Position numbers and translations under genes: made by a program. Source: a bacterium (GTDB lineage Bacteria > UBA8248). From it: a stretch of DNA of 64,000 nucleotides. The stretch spans positions 1,696,001 to 1,760,000 of the forward strand of contig OZ241326.1 of the NCBI GenBank assembly GCA_965199855.1. Reading direction: 5' to 3'. Positions 28,151 to 37,158 of this stretch are shown piece after piece; the first letter of the stretch is position 1, and every line of letters begins with the position of its first letter. Under the pieces are notes generated by a model. It had not been told where the DNA came from and made no database searches. It was given only the letters and a program-made list of their open reading frames with translations.

Positions 28151-29059
28151 TCAGCGTCTCCCGTTCGCGCGCCAGAGCCGGGGGCGGTTCACCTTTTTGA
28201 GGTTGGCCGCGATGTATTTGGCGAGGCCGGGATTGCCGATGAGGAGGGACTGGCGCCACGCGCGCGCGGCGTCCAGGTTCTTGGGGGAGTTCTCCTCCGG
28301 AAAGAAAGTCTCCAGCTCCCGCCATTGATCCGCGCGGCGGCTTCGGGCGAGCGTCGCCCCTCCCGCCTCCTTCACGATGACGGCGCCCGCCGCCACGTCC
28401 CAGATGCTCGGGGCGCCGAAGATCGCGTAGTGCATCCCTCCGCGCGCCACGAGCGCCTGCTCGTAGCACATGGAGCCGGTGGAGCGCACCTCGCCCAGGC
28501 TGCTCCTGAGCGGGCCGGTGGGGCGAAACTGCGTCCAGTAGGAGCCGGGCAGGGCGGCGATGCGCCTTCCCGTCGGCTTCTCCTCCCGCGCCGCCTCGAT
28601 GGGGCGCTCGTTGCGAAACGCTCCGCCCCCCTCGCAGGCGCGATAGACGGCGCCCCCGTCCTCGGGCGTGAAGATGGCGCCCGCGACGGAGCGCCCGCGC
28701 CTGAGAACCCCCACGGAGCAGCCCCAGACGGGCAGGCCGTTCAGGAAGTTCTTCGTCCCGTCCAGAGGGTCGAGAACCCACAGATAGTCGGGCACCTCCC
28801 GCGCGCCCTGCTCCCTGGCCTCGTCCTCGTCCTTCGGCTTCTCCTCGCCCAGGACGCCGTGGGCGGGGAAGCGCTCGCTGATCCGCTTCGTCAGAAACGC
28901 CTGGCTCGCGCGGTCGGCCTCGCTCACCGGGTCGGTTTTCGCCTTGTTCTTGTAGTCCACCTCCACCCGTTCGCCGAAAAGCCCCATCAGGATTTCGCCG
29001 GCCTCCCTGGCGAATTCCGCGGCGGCCCGGGCCAAGTCCGGTGGGGCGGCGCCGCTCAC
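28151..29059 (-). CDS. suhB: Inositol monophosphatase family protein
   Basis: DPVSEAD, GEE, WVLDPLDGTKNF, WDVAAG; GTG start overlaps the Ldh_2 stop. Confidence 0.85.
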   Translation of the reverse strand: MSGAAPPDLARAAAEFAREAGEILMGLFGERVEVDYKNKAKTDPVSEADRASQAFLTKRISERFPAHGVLGEEKPKDEDEAREQGAREVPDYLWVLDPLDGTKNFLNGLPVWGCSVGVLRRGRSVAGAIFTPEDGGAVYRACEGGGAFRNERPIEAAREEKPTGRRIAALPGSYWTQFRPTGPLRSSLGEVRSTGSMCYEQALVARGGMHYAIFGAPSIWDVAAGAVIVKEAGGATLARSRRADQWRELETFFPEENSPKNLDAARAWRQSLLIGNPGLAKYIAANLKKVNRPRLWRANGRR

Positions 29060-30105
29060 GCTCCGCGCTCCAGGAGGGGCAGGTCGAGCCTTCGGGCGAT
29101 TTCGTCCAATTCGGCGAGCCGCTCGGGCGGCAGCTCCAGGCCGTCTCGCCTGCGCGACGCCTCGCTCTCGCGCTCGATTTCGCCCGGCGCGTAGATGCGC
29201 TCGACGCCCGCCGCCTTCGGCGTCGCCTTGATGACGGAGATGAAGGCGTTGGCGGCCGCCCTGAATTTCGAGAGGGGAAGCAGCGCCTCGACGTTCACCG
29301 CCGCGAAAACGCTCGTCACGCGGCTCTTGCCGGTGAACTCGTTGATGCCCACGATCTCGTGGCTGTAGCCTCCGCCGGCGAACGAGCCCAGAATGGCGTC
29401 GATGACGATGGAGAGGCCGCTTCCCTTGTAGCCCGCAATCGGGCACAGGAGGGAGCTCTCCAGCACCTGACGGGGGTCGGTGGTGGGCCTTCCCTCGCCG
29501 TCCAGCCCCCAGCCCTCGGGGATGTCCCTGCCCGCGCGCGCCGCCTCGATGATGTAGCCCCGGGCGACGACGGAGAGCGCCATGTCCAGCACGATGGGCG
29601 GGTCGCCCGGCAGGGCGATGGAGACGGGATTGTTGCCGAGCCTGGCCTCTTTGGCTCCCGCCGGCGGCAGGACGCGCAGCGTGTTCGTCGTCACGAGGCC
29701 CACCATGCCCGCATCCGGCGCCATGGCCGCATACGCCGCGGCGGCGCCGAAGTGGTTGCTCTCCTTCAGGAAGACGACGCCCACGTTGTGGCTCCGGGCG
29801 CGGGCGAGGGCCTCCTCCATCGCGCGCCTGGAGACCACCTGGCCCATGCCGTTGTCGCCGTCGGCGAGGGCGAGGGCGCCCGCGTCCCTGACGACGCGGA
29901 AGTTCGGGGTCGGGTTCGCCAGGCTGATTTCCAGACGCTTGACGTAGTGGGGCATCCGAATCACGCCGTGGCTGGTCACGCCGCGCAGCTCGGACATCAC
30001 CAGGGTCCGCGCCGTCCAGTCGGCGTCCTCCCCGGGCAGGCCCAGCTTGGCGAAAACGCGATGCAGGAAAGCGTGGAGCTTCTCGCCCGTGGTGCGTTCG
30101 CTCAT
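29056..30105 (-). CDS. Ldh_2 family (malate/L-lactate/sulfolactate-type) oxidoreductase
   Basis: ELRGVTSHG, DGDNGMG, SNHFG, GNNP, LDMA.S, GYKGSGL, APGE. Confidence 0.9.
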   Translation of the reverse strand: MSERTTGEKLHAFLHRVFAKLGLPGEDADWTARTLVMSELRGVTSHGVIRMPHYVKRLEISLANPTPNFRVVRDAGALALADGDNGMGQVVSRRAMEEALARARSHNVGVVFLKESNHFGAAAAYAAMAPDAGMVGLVTTNTLRVLPPAGAKEARLGNNPVSIALPGDPPIVLDMALSVVARGYIIEAARAGRDIPEGWGLDGEGRPTTDPRQVLESSLLCPIAGYKGSGLSIVIDAILGSFAGGGYSHEIVGINEFTGKSRVTSVFAAVNVEALLPLSKFRAAANAFISVIKATPKAAGVERIYAPGEIERESEASRRRDGLELPPERLAELDEIARRLDLPLLERGA

Positions 30106-30678
30106 TCAGCCCTCGCGCTCGAGCAGATAGGCCGTTCCGCGCCGGACGTGCTCGCCCGAATCCACGCCGTCCAGAAAATCGGCGCGGGAAACCGACCAGC
30201 GGTTCGCCTCGCGCAGCTCCCGCGCGCGCCAGCCGGGGGCGTCCAGGAGCGCCTCGACCCCGGAATAGCCGGGCCCCCTTTGCGCCACCGCCAGATACCA
30301 GCGGGGGCTCGCCGCGCGCAATATCGCCTCCTGGGCGCCCGAGTCGAACGGCAGCCAGCAGGAGAAGACGAAATCGGGCGCGTAGGCGCCGAGCGCGCCT
30401 TTCGCGTCCAGCGCCTCGACGCCGGGCCCTCCGCGCGGGTCGGTGAGCCGCAGGCTCACGCCGCCCGCCCGCAGGGCTTTCCCGATCGCGCCGCCGCCGG
30501 CGCCCACCTCAAGGGGCGCTTCGGGGGCGAGGCCGGAAATTTCCCCTGTCAGCGCGTCCAGCCATTCGATGACGGGAAGCTGATAGACGTTCCTCTCCTC
30601 GCAGAAGGCGAGCCAGCCGTCGCCGCGCTCCTCCTCGGCGAGCCTCCGGATGGCCTCGGCGTAGGGCAGGGGATTCAC
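30106..30678 (-). CDS. Hypothetical protein, SAM-dependent methyltransferase-like
   Basis: LEVGAGGG motif I, LTDP, VEALDA, FSCWLP. Confidence 0.55.
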   Translation of the reverse strand: MNPLPYAEAIRRLAEEERGDGWLAFCEERNVYQLPVIEWLDALTGEISGLAPEAPLEVGAGGGAIGKALRAGGVSLRLTDPRGGPGVEALDAKGALGAYAPDFVFSCWLPFDSGAQEAILRAASPRWYLAVAQRGPGYSGVEALLDAPGWRARELREANRWSVSRADFLDGVDSGEHVRRGTAYLLEREG

Positions 30679-30821
30679 CCGAAAAACTCCGCGTGAGCGC
30701 GCCTTTCGCGGTCTCCCGCGGGGAATCGGGCGGCTCCCGAAGGCGCGGGACGAACGCGCTCTGCGCCCCGCCGCGGAAGGAGTTTTCCGGCGCCTTCGCC
30801 GGGGCCGGCGGCGCCCCGCCC

Positions 30822-32033
30822 CTAGACGCTGGGCCCGTTCCTGTTGATGGCGAAGGCGTTGTCCTCGCGCAGGATTTCGGCTTTCGTCATTTTCCCGCTC
30901 GCGACGTCGAGCACCTCGTCATAGACGCGGCGTCCCGCCGTCTCGATGGTCGCGCCCTCGAAGATGTCCGTCACGTCCACGTCCGTCGTGTCGGCCTGGA
31001 GCCTCGCCGAGAGCGGGTTGCCCGTGATGCGGATGGTGCTCATCAGGGGGTGGTTGATGGTGTGGCCCCCGCCCGTGGAGAAGATGAGCGTCTGCGCCCC
31101 GCCCGCGGCGATGCCGGTGATGGACTCTCCGCCGTGCCCCGGGGTGTCCATCACGTGGAGGCCGCTTTTGCGCCCCGCCCGCTTCGCCCAGGGGATCACG
31201 TCCACGATGGGGGCGGAGCCCGCCTTCTGGATGGCGCCGAGGGACTTCTCCTCGATGGTGGTCAGGCCGCCCTCCATGTTGTCGCCCGTGGGCTGGCTGC
31301 CCCGCAGATCGACGCCGCAGGCGAGGATGCGCGCCTCCATTTCCTCCACCATCCGCCAGATGCGCCTGCCGAGGGCGGGCCGCGCGCACTTGGCGGCCAG
31401 CACGCCCTCGCCGCCCATCATCTCGGTGGTTTCGGCGAGAAGCGCCCGCCCGCCCTGGCCGACGACCTGATCCGTCACCCAGCCGGCGGCCTTGTTGTGG
31501 GAGAGCCCCGAAGTCGTGTCCGAGGTGCCGCAGTTCAGGCCCAGCAGGAGCTTGCTCACGGGAACTTCCCGGCGGTGCTCGTTCGTGAGGTCTCTGAGCA
31601 TCTCCATGCCGAGGCGCGTGGCCTTGGCGGTGGCGTCTATCGCCCCGCCGTCCTCGCGGATGTTGATCGCCTCGACCCGCTTGCCCGTTCCGGCGATTTC
31701 ATGGGCGATCTCCTCCGCCGTGCAGCCCTCCTCGCGGTGGTGGTCGATGACGATGACGGCGCCCGCGTTGGCGTTTTTCCCGTGCCCGACGAGGGTCTCG
31801 AACGTGCGCTGGATGTCGGGGCCGATCTGGCAGCGTCCCAGGGGGTGGGTGAGGGCGACGCTGTGCCGCAGGGTTCGGGCGACGCGCTCGCAGGTCGGGT
31901 TGGCGTAGAGCGTGCCGCTCAGCAGGAGCAGGTAATTTCTGGCGCCCACGTCGCCGTTCTCGCGGGGGTATCCCCACCAGGTTTTTCTCATGCGTCCGGG
32001 CGCCTTCGCGCGGCTTGCGCTTCTCCTGGCCAT
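30822..32033 (-). CDS. UxaA/SuyB family hydro-lyase large subunit
   Basis: GYPRENGDVGARNY, HPLGRCQIG, CGTSDTTSG, ETTE, GGLTTIEEKSLGA, FSTG.G. Confidence 0.88.
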   Translation of the reverse strand: MARRSASRAKAPGRMRKTWWGYPRENGDVGARNYLLLLSGTLYANPTCERVARTLRHSVALTHPLGRCQIGPDIQRTFETLVGHGKNANAGAVIVIDHHREEGCTAEEIAHEIAGTGKRVEAINIREDGGAIDATAKATRLGMEMLRDLTNEHRREVPVSKLLLGLNCGTSDTTSGLSHNKAAGWVTDQVVGQGGRALLAETTEMMGGEGVLAAKCARPALGRRIWRMVEEMEARILACGVDLRGSQPTGDNMEGGLTTIEEKSLGAIQKAGSAPIVDVIPWAKRAGRKSGLHVMDTPGHGGESITGIAAGGAQTLIFSTGGGHTINHPLMSTIRITGNPLSARLQADTTDVDVTDIFEGATIETAGRRVYDEVLDVASGKMTKAEILREDNAFAINRNGPSV

Positions 32034-32047
32034 GATGTCCCCCTCCC

Positions 32048-32341
32048 CTAGGCGAGGTCGCCGCGGCCGCGGGCGCTCTCTATGTTGTGAACGTGAATGT
32101 AGTCGCCCGCCTGGATGTCCCTGCTCGCCACCCCGATGGAGAGGCCGTATTTCATGCAATGCTCGCCCTTTTTGAGGGGCTTGACGCAGATTTTGTGAAT
32201 GTAGGGAATCGCCTGGTTCGCCTTGAGCGTCCTGCCCATCTTTCCGTTGAGCATCAGGCGCACCGACCCTCCCTTCTCCACCGCCTCGAGGCAGGTGGCT
32301 ACGTTGTCTCCCTTTTCGATGACCATGGCGGTTGCCGGCAT
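32048..32341 (-). CDS. UxaA/SuyA family small subunit (SAF domain)
   Basis: DNVA, IP..HKI, KYG..IG.A..DI..G..IHVHNI.S.RG. Confidence 0.88.
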   Translation of the reverse strand: MPATAMVIEKGDNVATCLEAVEKGGSVRLMLNGKMGRTLKANQAIPYIHKICVKPLKKGEHCMKYGLSIGVASRDIQAGDYIHVHNIESARGRGDLA

Positions 32342-32449
32342 GTCTCCTCCTTCGTGAACCCGGATTGCGGGGGCGCTTCCCGTCGGCGAACCGCAAACCT
32401 AGCGCATGGCGGGCCGCGATTCAACGAACGCGGGCGTTTCTCGCCCGAA

Positions 32450-33499
32450 TCAGCCTCTCGCCAGCGGCTGCGCGCCGACTTCCTCCGCTATGCGGTCCAG
32501 GTCCCGGACGAGGGCCTCCTTGAGCGCGACGCCCTCGGCCAGGGCGGCGCGGTATCTGCGGTGCGCCCCCTCGCCCGGAATGCGGATTTCATCGAAGCCG
32601 GGCGCCAGGCCCGACGCCTTGATTCGCGCGATCGCCGCGTCGACCGCCGCCCTGTAGTCGCCGCCCAGGCACCTGTCCGGGTCTATCGCCAGGGCGAACA
32701 TCGGCAGGCCGAAGGGCTCCTCCTTCTCCAGCCAGTCGGGCTGGTCGGCGTCGAAGCCGTTGCCGGAGAGCGCCCCCGTCAGAAAGGTGAACATGAGCGC
32801 GAGGCCGTAGCCCTTGTGTTCGGCCAGGGGCAGCATCGTCCCCCGGGCGGCGAGGGCGGCGTCCGTGGTCGGGCTGCCGGAGGGGTCGAGCGCCCAGCCC
32901 TCGGGAATCGGCTCGCCCGCCTTCGCCGCCAGCAGGACGTAGCCTCTCGCCACCCTGGAGGTGGCGATGTCGAAGAGGACGGGATATTCCTGCCCGGAGG
33001 GGATGGCGAAGGCCACCGGGTTGTTGCCGATCATTCTCTCGGCGCCGCCCCAGGGGGCGAGGTTTCCCACCGCGCCGCTGATGACCACGCCGATCATGCC
33101 GTGCTCGAGCGCCATGGCGGCGAAGTAGCCGACGTGGCCCGTGTGGGAGGACCTGCGGATGGCGGCCGCGCCGACGCCGCCGGCCTTCGCCTTCTCGATG
33201 GCGGCGCGCATGGCGCGGCGGGCGACGACGGCGCTCATGCCGTAGTCGCCGTCGAGCAGCGAGAAGGCGGGCAGGTCGGTGATGGTCCGCACGCGCGGCC
33301 TCGGGTTCGCCGTTCCGTTCCGGAGGCGCTCCACGAAGACCCCGAAGCGGACGCAGCCGTGCGAGCTCACCCCCCTGAGCTCGGCGTCCACGAGCTGGGC
33401 CGCGCACGCGCCCGCGTCCGGCGCGGAGAGGCCGAGGGCCTCATAGACGCGCGAGAGATATTGAAGAAGCTCCTCCGCGTCCACCCTGACGTCCGGCAT
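32450..33499 (-). CDS. Ldh_2 family oxidoreductase
   Basis: ELRGVSSHG, SSH.G, GNNP, FDIATS, HKGYGL, IPGE; true start is the ATG at 33499. Confidence 0.9.
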   Translation of the reverse strand: MPDVRVDAEELLQYLSRVYEALGLSAPDAGACAAQLVDAELRGVSSHGCVRFGVFVERLRNGTANPRPRVRTITDLPAFSLLDGDYGMSAVVARRAMRAAIEKAKAGGVGAAAIRRSSHTGHVGYFAAMALEHGMIGVVISGAVGNLAPWGGAERMIGNNPVAFAIPSGQEYPVLFDIATSRVARGYVLLAAKAGEPIPEGWALDPSGSPTTDAALAARGTMLPLAEHKGYGLALMFTFLTGALSGNGFDADQPDWLEKEEPFGLPMFALAIDPDRCLGGDYRAAVDAAIARIKASGLAPGFDEIRIPGEGAHRRYRAALAEGVALKEALVRDLDRIAEEVGAQPLARG

Positions 33500-33619
33500 G
33501 CCGCCTCCCCGCGCGGGCGGGAAGCCGCGCGCGAGCCCCGGCGCCTCTTGGCGAGGGGGCGAAAGAGTGCTAAGAGCTGTTTCGCTCAAGTGTGCTTTAC
33601 GCCAGGAGGATTCGCAAGG

Positions 33620-34717
33620 GTGAAAGCGTGGCGCTTCTACGCCTTCGGCGACATGCGGCTGGACGAGGTGCCCGACCCCGATGTGCGGCCGGGGTGGGCG
33701 CTGTGCAGGGTGCGGCGGGCGCAGCCGAGCATCACCGACGTCCAGAGGGCGCTGGGCGTGGGAACCATCAACTCCGCGCTTTTGCGGGAAATGCTCGAAA
33801 AACACGCTCCCGTTCAGCTGCTGGGCCACGAGATGAGCGCGGAGGTCGTCGAGGTGGGCGAGGGCGTCTCGACCCTGAAGCCGGGCGACAGGGTGTGCAC
33901 CTCCGGCCACGTCCCCTGCCTCGCGTGCGCCTTCTGCCGCGAGGGCCGGGAGATGTATTGCGCCGACAAGCTCCACGTGGGCATCAACACCCCGGGGGCG
34001 TTCGCCGAGTACGTCTGCCTTCCGGCGCACGGCCTCGTGAAGCCGCCCCAGAGCCTCGACGACGCCTCCATCGCCTGCCTCCAGCCCCTCTCCTCCACGG
34101 TCGCCGCCATGCGGGACGCGAATATCCGCCCCGGCGAGACGGCGGCCATCACCGGCCAGGGGGTCATGGGCCTCTACGCGCTCCAGGCGGCGCGCACCTG
34201 CGGGGCGGGCGCCGTCTGCGTCAGCGACGTGAAGGAGGAGGCGCTCGCCCTGAGCCGCCGGTTCGGGGCGGACGAGGTCATCGACGCGAGGGCGGACGAC
34301 CCGGTCGAGCGGGTGCTGGAGGCGACCGGGGGACGGGGGGCGGACGTCGTCTTCGAGTGCGCCGGCGGGAACGCGGACCAGGGGCTTTCGGGCCACGCCA
34401 CGCTTCATCAGGCGACGCGGATGCTGCGCATCGGCGGGCGCGTCATCCAGATAGCGGGCCTCGTCGGGGAGGCGCGGTTCGACCCGGTGTTCATGCGCTC
34501 GCGGGGGATTCGGTGGATTTTCCCCGAGGGGCACGGCGCGGACACCGTGGCCCTGGGCGGGAGGTGGGTGGCGAGCGGCAGAATCGACGTGCGCTCTCTC
34601 ATCACGCATGAGGAGCGCGGCATCGAGAGCCTGCCCCGCGTGATGGAGATTACGAACGACAAGGCCGGGCATCGGGCCACGAACCCCTGCCAGCTCGTCC
34701 TGGCGGAGGAGGACTGA
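33620..34717 (+). CDS. Medium-chain (zinc-binding-type) alcohol dehydrogenase
   Basis: LGHE, CLACAFC..G...C structural Zn site, GAFAEY, GQGVMG; GTG start with AGGAGG SD. Confidence 0.88.
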   Translation: MKAWRFYAFGDMRLDEVPDPDVRPGWALCRVRRAQPSITDVQRALGVGTINSALLREMLEKHAPVQLLGHEMSAEVVEVGEGVSTLKPGDRVCTSGHVPCLACAFCREGREMYCADKLHVGINTPGAFAEYVCLPAHGLVKPPQSLDDASIACLQPLSSTVAAMRDANIRPGETAAITGQGVMGLYALQAARTCGAGAVCVSDVKEEALALSRRFGADEVIDARADDPVERVLEATGGRGADVVFECAGGNADQGLSGHATLHQATRMLRIGGRVIQIAGLVGEARFDPVFMRSRGIRWIFPEGHGADTVALGGRWVASGRIDVRSLITHEERGIESLPRVMEITNDKAGHRATNPCQLVLAEED

Positions 34718-34898
34718 GCCGGAAGGCCGGGCCGGGCGCCGCGCCCGATGACGCCGGCCGGAATCCGAAAAACCTTTGCGTTTCCATGATTCCCGCGCAT
34801 GGCCGGTTGCGCGTGTAAAGGCCGGGGAGCCGGCGGCGCCGGGCGGGCCGGGCGCGCGAATCGCCGCTTTTTTCATCATTTTCAGAGGAGGAGCGAGG

Positions 34899-35687
34899 AT
34901 GGATCTGGGTCTAAAGGGAAAAATCGCCATCGTGACGGGCGCGAGCCGGGGCATCGGCCGCGAATGCGCCCTCGCGCTGGCGAAGGAGGGCGCCCGCGTG
35001 TGCGTGACGGCGCGCGACGAGGCGCTGCTGGCGAAGGCGGCGGAGGACGTGAACGCCGCCGGGGGCGAGGGGATGTTCGTCTCCTCCGATCTGACGACGC
35101 AGGCCGGCTGCGAGAAGGCGGTCGAGGCGTGCGCGGAGCGCTTCGGCGGCGTGGACGTTCTCGTCAACAGCGCCGGCGCGGCGCGGGGCGGAGACATCCT
35201 GACGCTCGACGCGGAGTTCATCACCGAGGCGCTCGCGCTCAAGACCTACGGCTACCTCCGCATGTCCCAGCTCGTCATCCCCCACATGCGGAAGAGCGGC
35301 TGGGGCCGCATCGTGAACGTCGCGGGCGGGGCGGGGACGAGCCCGGCGCGGGGGAACATTCCCACGAGCGCGGCGAACGTCACGGTGCTCAACAACACGC
35401 GGGCGCTCTCCGACGCCGTGGCGGGGGAGGGCATCCAGGTGAACGCCGTCTGCCCGGGCATGACGAACACGCGGCGCGCGCGCGACCTCATGCGGGCGCC
35501 CGCGGAGAAGGCGGGCAAGGACGTGGAGGAGTTTCTGAAGGAGGTGGGCGCCAGGACGCCCGCGGGCAGAATCGCCGAGCCGGAGGAGGTGGCGAACGTC
35601 GTCGTCTTCCTGGCCTCGGCCGCCTGCTCCTACGTGAACGGCAGCTCCATCTACATGGACGGCGGCGCCCGCCGGGGAACGCCCTAG
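34899..35687 (+). CDS. Atypical SDR oxidoreductase
   Basis: TGASRGIG, VNSAG, VNAVCPG; the YxxxK position reads TSAAN. Confidence 0.85.
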   Translation: MDLGLKGKIAIVTGASRGIGRECALALAKEGARVCVTARDEALLAKAAEDVNAAGGEGMFVSSDLTTQAGCEKAVEACAERFGGVDVLVNSAGAARGGDILTLDAEFITEALALKTYGYLRMSQLVIPHMRKSGWGRIVNVAGGAGTSPARGNIPTSAANVTVLNNTRALSDAVAGEGIQVNAVCPGMTNTRRARDLMRAPAEKAGKDVEEFLKEVGARTPAGRIAEPEEVANVVVFLASAACSYVNGSSIYMDGGARRGTP

Positions 35688-35820
35688 CCGCCGCGCCTTC
35701 TCCGCGGCCCGGGTTCCGCGAAACCAGCGCCCCGCCGATCTTCCCTCCCGGTTTCCGGCGCGGGCGGAGACGGGCCGCGCCCGCTGAATCGCTCCCGGAC
35801 GGGCCGGCTCTTCCGTGAAG

Positions 35821-35850
35821 TTGACAGGGCGGAGGAGCGCGTGCTGTAAT
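35821..35850 (+). promoter_or_regulatory. sigma70-like promoter for the Liv-type ABC operon
   Basis: TTGACA-18 nt-TGTAAT with a TG extension. Confidence 0.5.
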
Positions 35851-35910
35851 TCAACCTTCCATAGCATGGACATCGGATTTCCAGTTTTCACCCACGCGGA
35901 GGAGAAGGCG

Positions 35911-37095
35911 ATGAACCATGTCCTTTTGCGAGTTTCGAGACGGGCTTTCTTCTGCGCCGCGCTCGCCGCGGCGATGGGCTTGCTGGGCGGGCCATTCGCC
36001 GCAGAAGCGCCGGCGCAGGGCAAGAAGCCGCTCCGCTTCGGGGTCGCCGACCCCCTGACCGGGCCAGCGGCGATTTTCGGCAAGGATCAGATGCAGGCGG
36101 TGCGCTGGGCGGTCGAGGACATCAACGCCAAAGGCGGCGTCAACGGCCATCCGCTGGAAGCCGTCATCCTGGATCATCAGGCGAAGCCCGAGGTCGGCAT
36201 AGCGATGGTCAACCGCCTCGTCCATGTGGAGAAGGTGCCGGTGTTCATCACCGCGTTCAGCAACGTCGTCAAGGCGGTCGCCCCCATCGCCAACCGCGAG
36301 AAGGTGCTCATGCTGAGCGTCGGGGCGAACGCGCCGGCCATCGCGCGGCTGGGCGACTACGTTTATACGACTTTCCCGCTGGCGGACGTGGACATGAAGG
36401 CGCTGGGCAAATACGCCTTTCAGAAGATGGGCAAGCGCCGCGCCGCCGTCCTCTACGTGAACCACGAGACGGGCCGGGACGGCGCGAAGGTCTTCCGCGA
36501 CAATTTCGTGAAGGCCGGCGGAAAGATCGCCGTCTATGAGTCCTACGAGCAGGAGCGCTCGGACTTCACCGGCCTGGTGCTCAAGGTGAAGTCGGCCAAC
36601 CCCGACATCATCCACATCCACAGCGTCATCCGGGACTTCACGGCCATTGTCGCGCAAATGCGCCAGCTCGGCGTGAAAACCCAGATCACCAGCTACCAGA
36701 CGGCCTTCAACCCGAAGATGATCGAGCAGCTGGGCAAGGGCGCGGAAGGCATCATCGTAACCGCGCTGGCCCCCAGCGTGGAGGACAACAAGAACCTGCC
36801 CGCCTATCTCGAGCGCTGGAAGAAGGCGCATAACCGCACCCCCATCGGGCTGCCCTATACCCAGTATTTCTACGACGCGCCCTACATCGTCGCGGCGCTC
36901 TACAAATGGGTGCTGGACAGGAAGCTGCCGATCACCGGCGAGAACATGCGCAAGGCGCTGATCGCGCAGAAGACGTTCGAGCAGCCCTTGACCAACACAG
37001 TCACCATCAACGACGACCACACGGTCAAAAAGCCGGTCTATTTCTGGCAGGTGAGGGGAGGCAGGTTCACGCTGATCGGATCCCAAAAGGACTGA
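35911..37095 (+). CDS. Branched-chain amino acid-type ABC substrate-binding protein
   Basis: Tat-like SRRAFF signal; PLTGPAAIFG, AVEDINAKGGVNG, DFT....KVK..NPD. Confidence 0.88.
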   Translation: MNHVLLRVSRRAFFCAALAAAMGLLGGPFAAEAPAQGKKPLRFGVADPLTGPAAIFGKDQMQAVRWAVEDINAKGGVNGHPLEAVILDHQAKPEVGIAMVNRLVHVEKVPVFITAFSNVVKAVAPIANREKVLMLSVGANAPAIARLGDYVYTTFPLADVDMKALGKYAFQKMGKRRAAVLYVNHETGRDGAKVFRDNFVKAGGKIAVYESYEQERSDFTGLVLKVKSANPDIIHIHSVIRDFTAIVAQMRQLGVKTQITSYQTAFNPKMIEQLGKGAEGIIVTALAPSVEDNKNLPAYLERWKKAHNRTPIGLPYTQYFYDAPYIVAALYKWVLDRKLPITGENMRKALIAQKTFEQPLTNTVTINDDHTVKKPVYFWQVRGGRFTLIGSQKD

Positions 37096-37158
37096 TCCGA
37101 TCATGCCTCCTCCGGGCGGGCGCGCCCGCCGCAGCGCCGCGCCGGGCGGGGCCGGTTC

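Noticed and set aside
33547-33573. Possible CIRCE element (GAGTGCTAA at 33565-33573)
   Set aside because: Only the right arm is present; the left arm does not match TTAGCACTC and no chaperone gene follows. More likely part of a promoter.
32087-35242. Apparent 876-aa and 930-aa fusion ORFs
   Set aside because: Each is a real gene (MDR from 33620, Ldh_2 from 33499) with a spurious upstream extension across the opposite gene; not true fusions.
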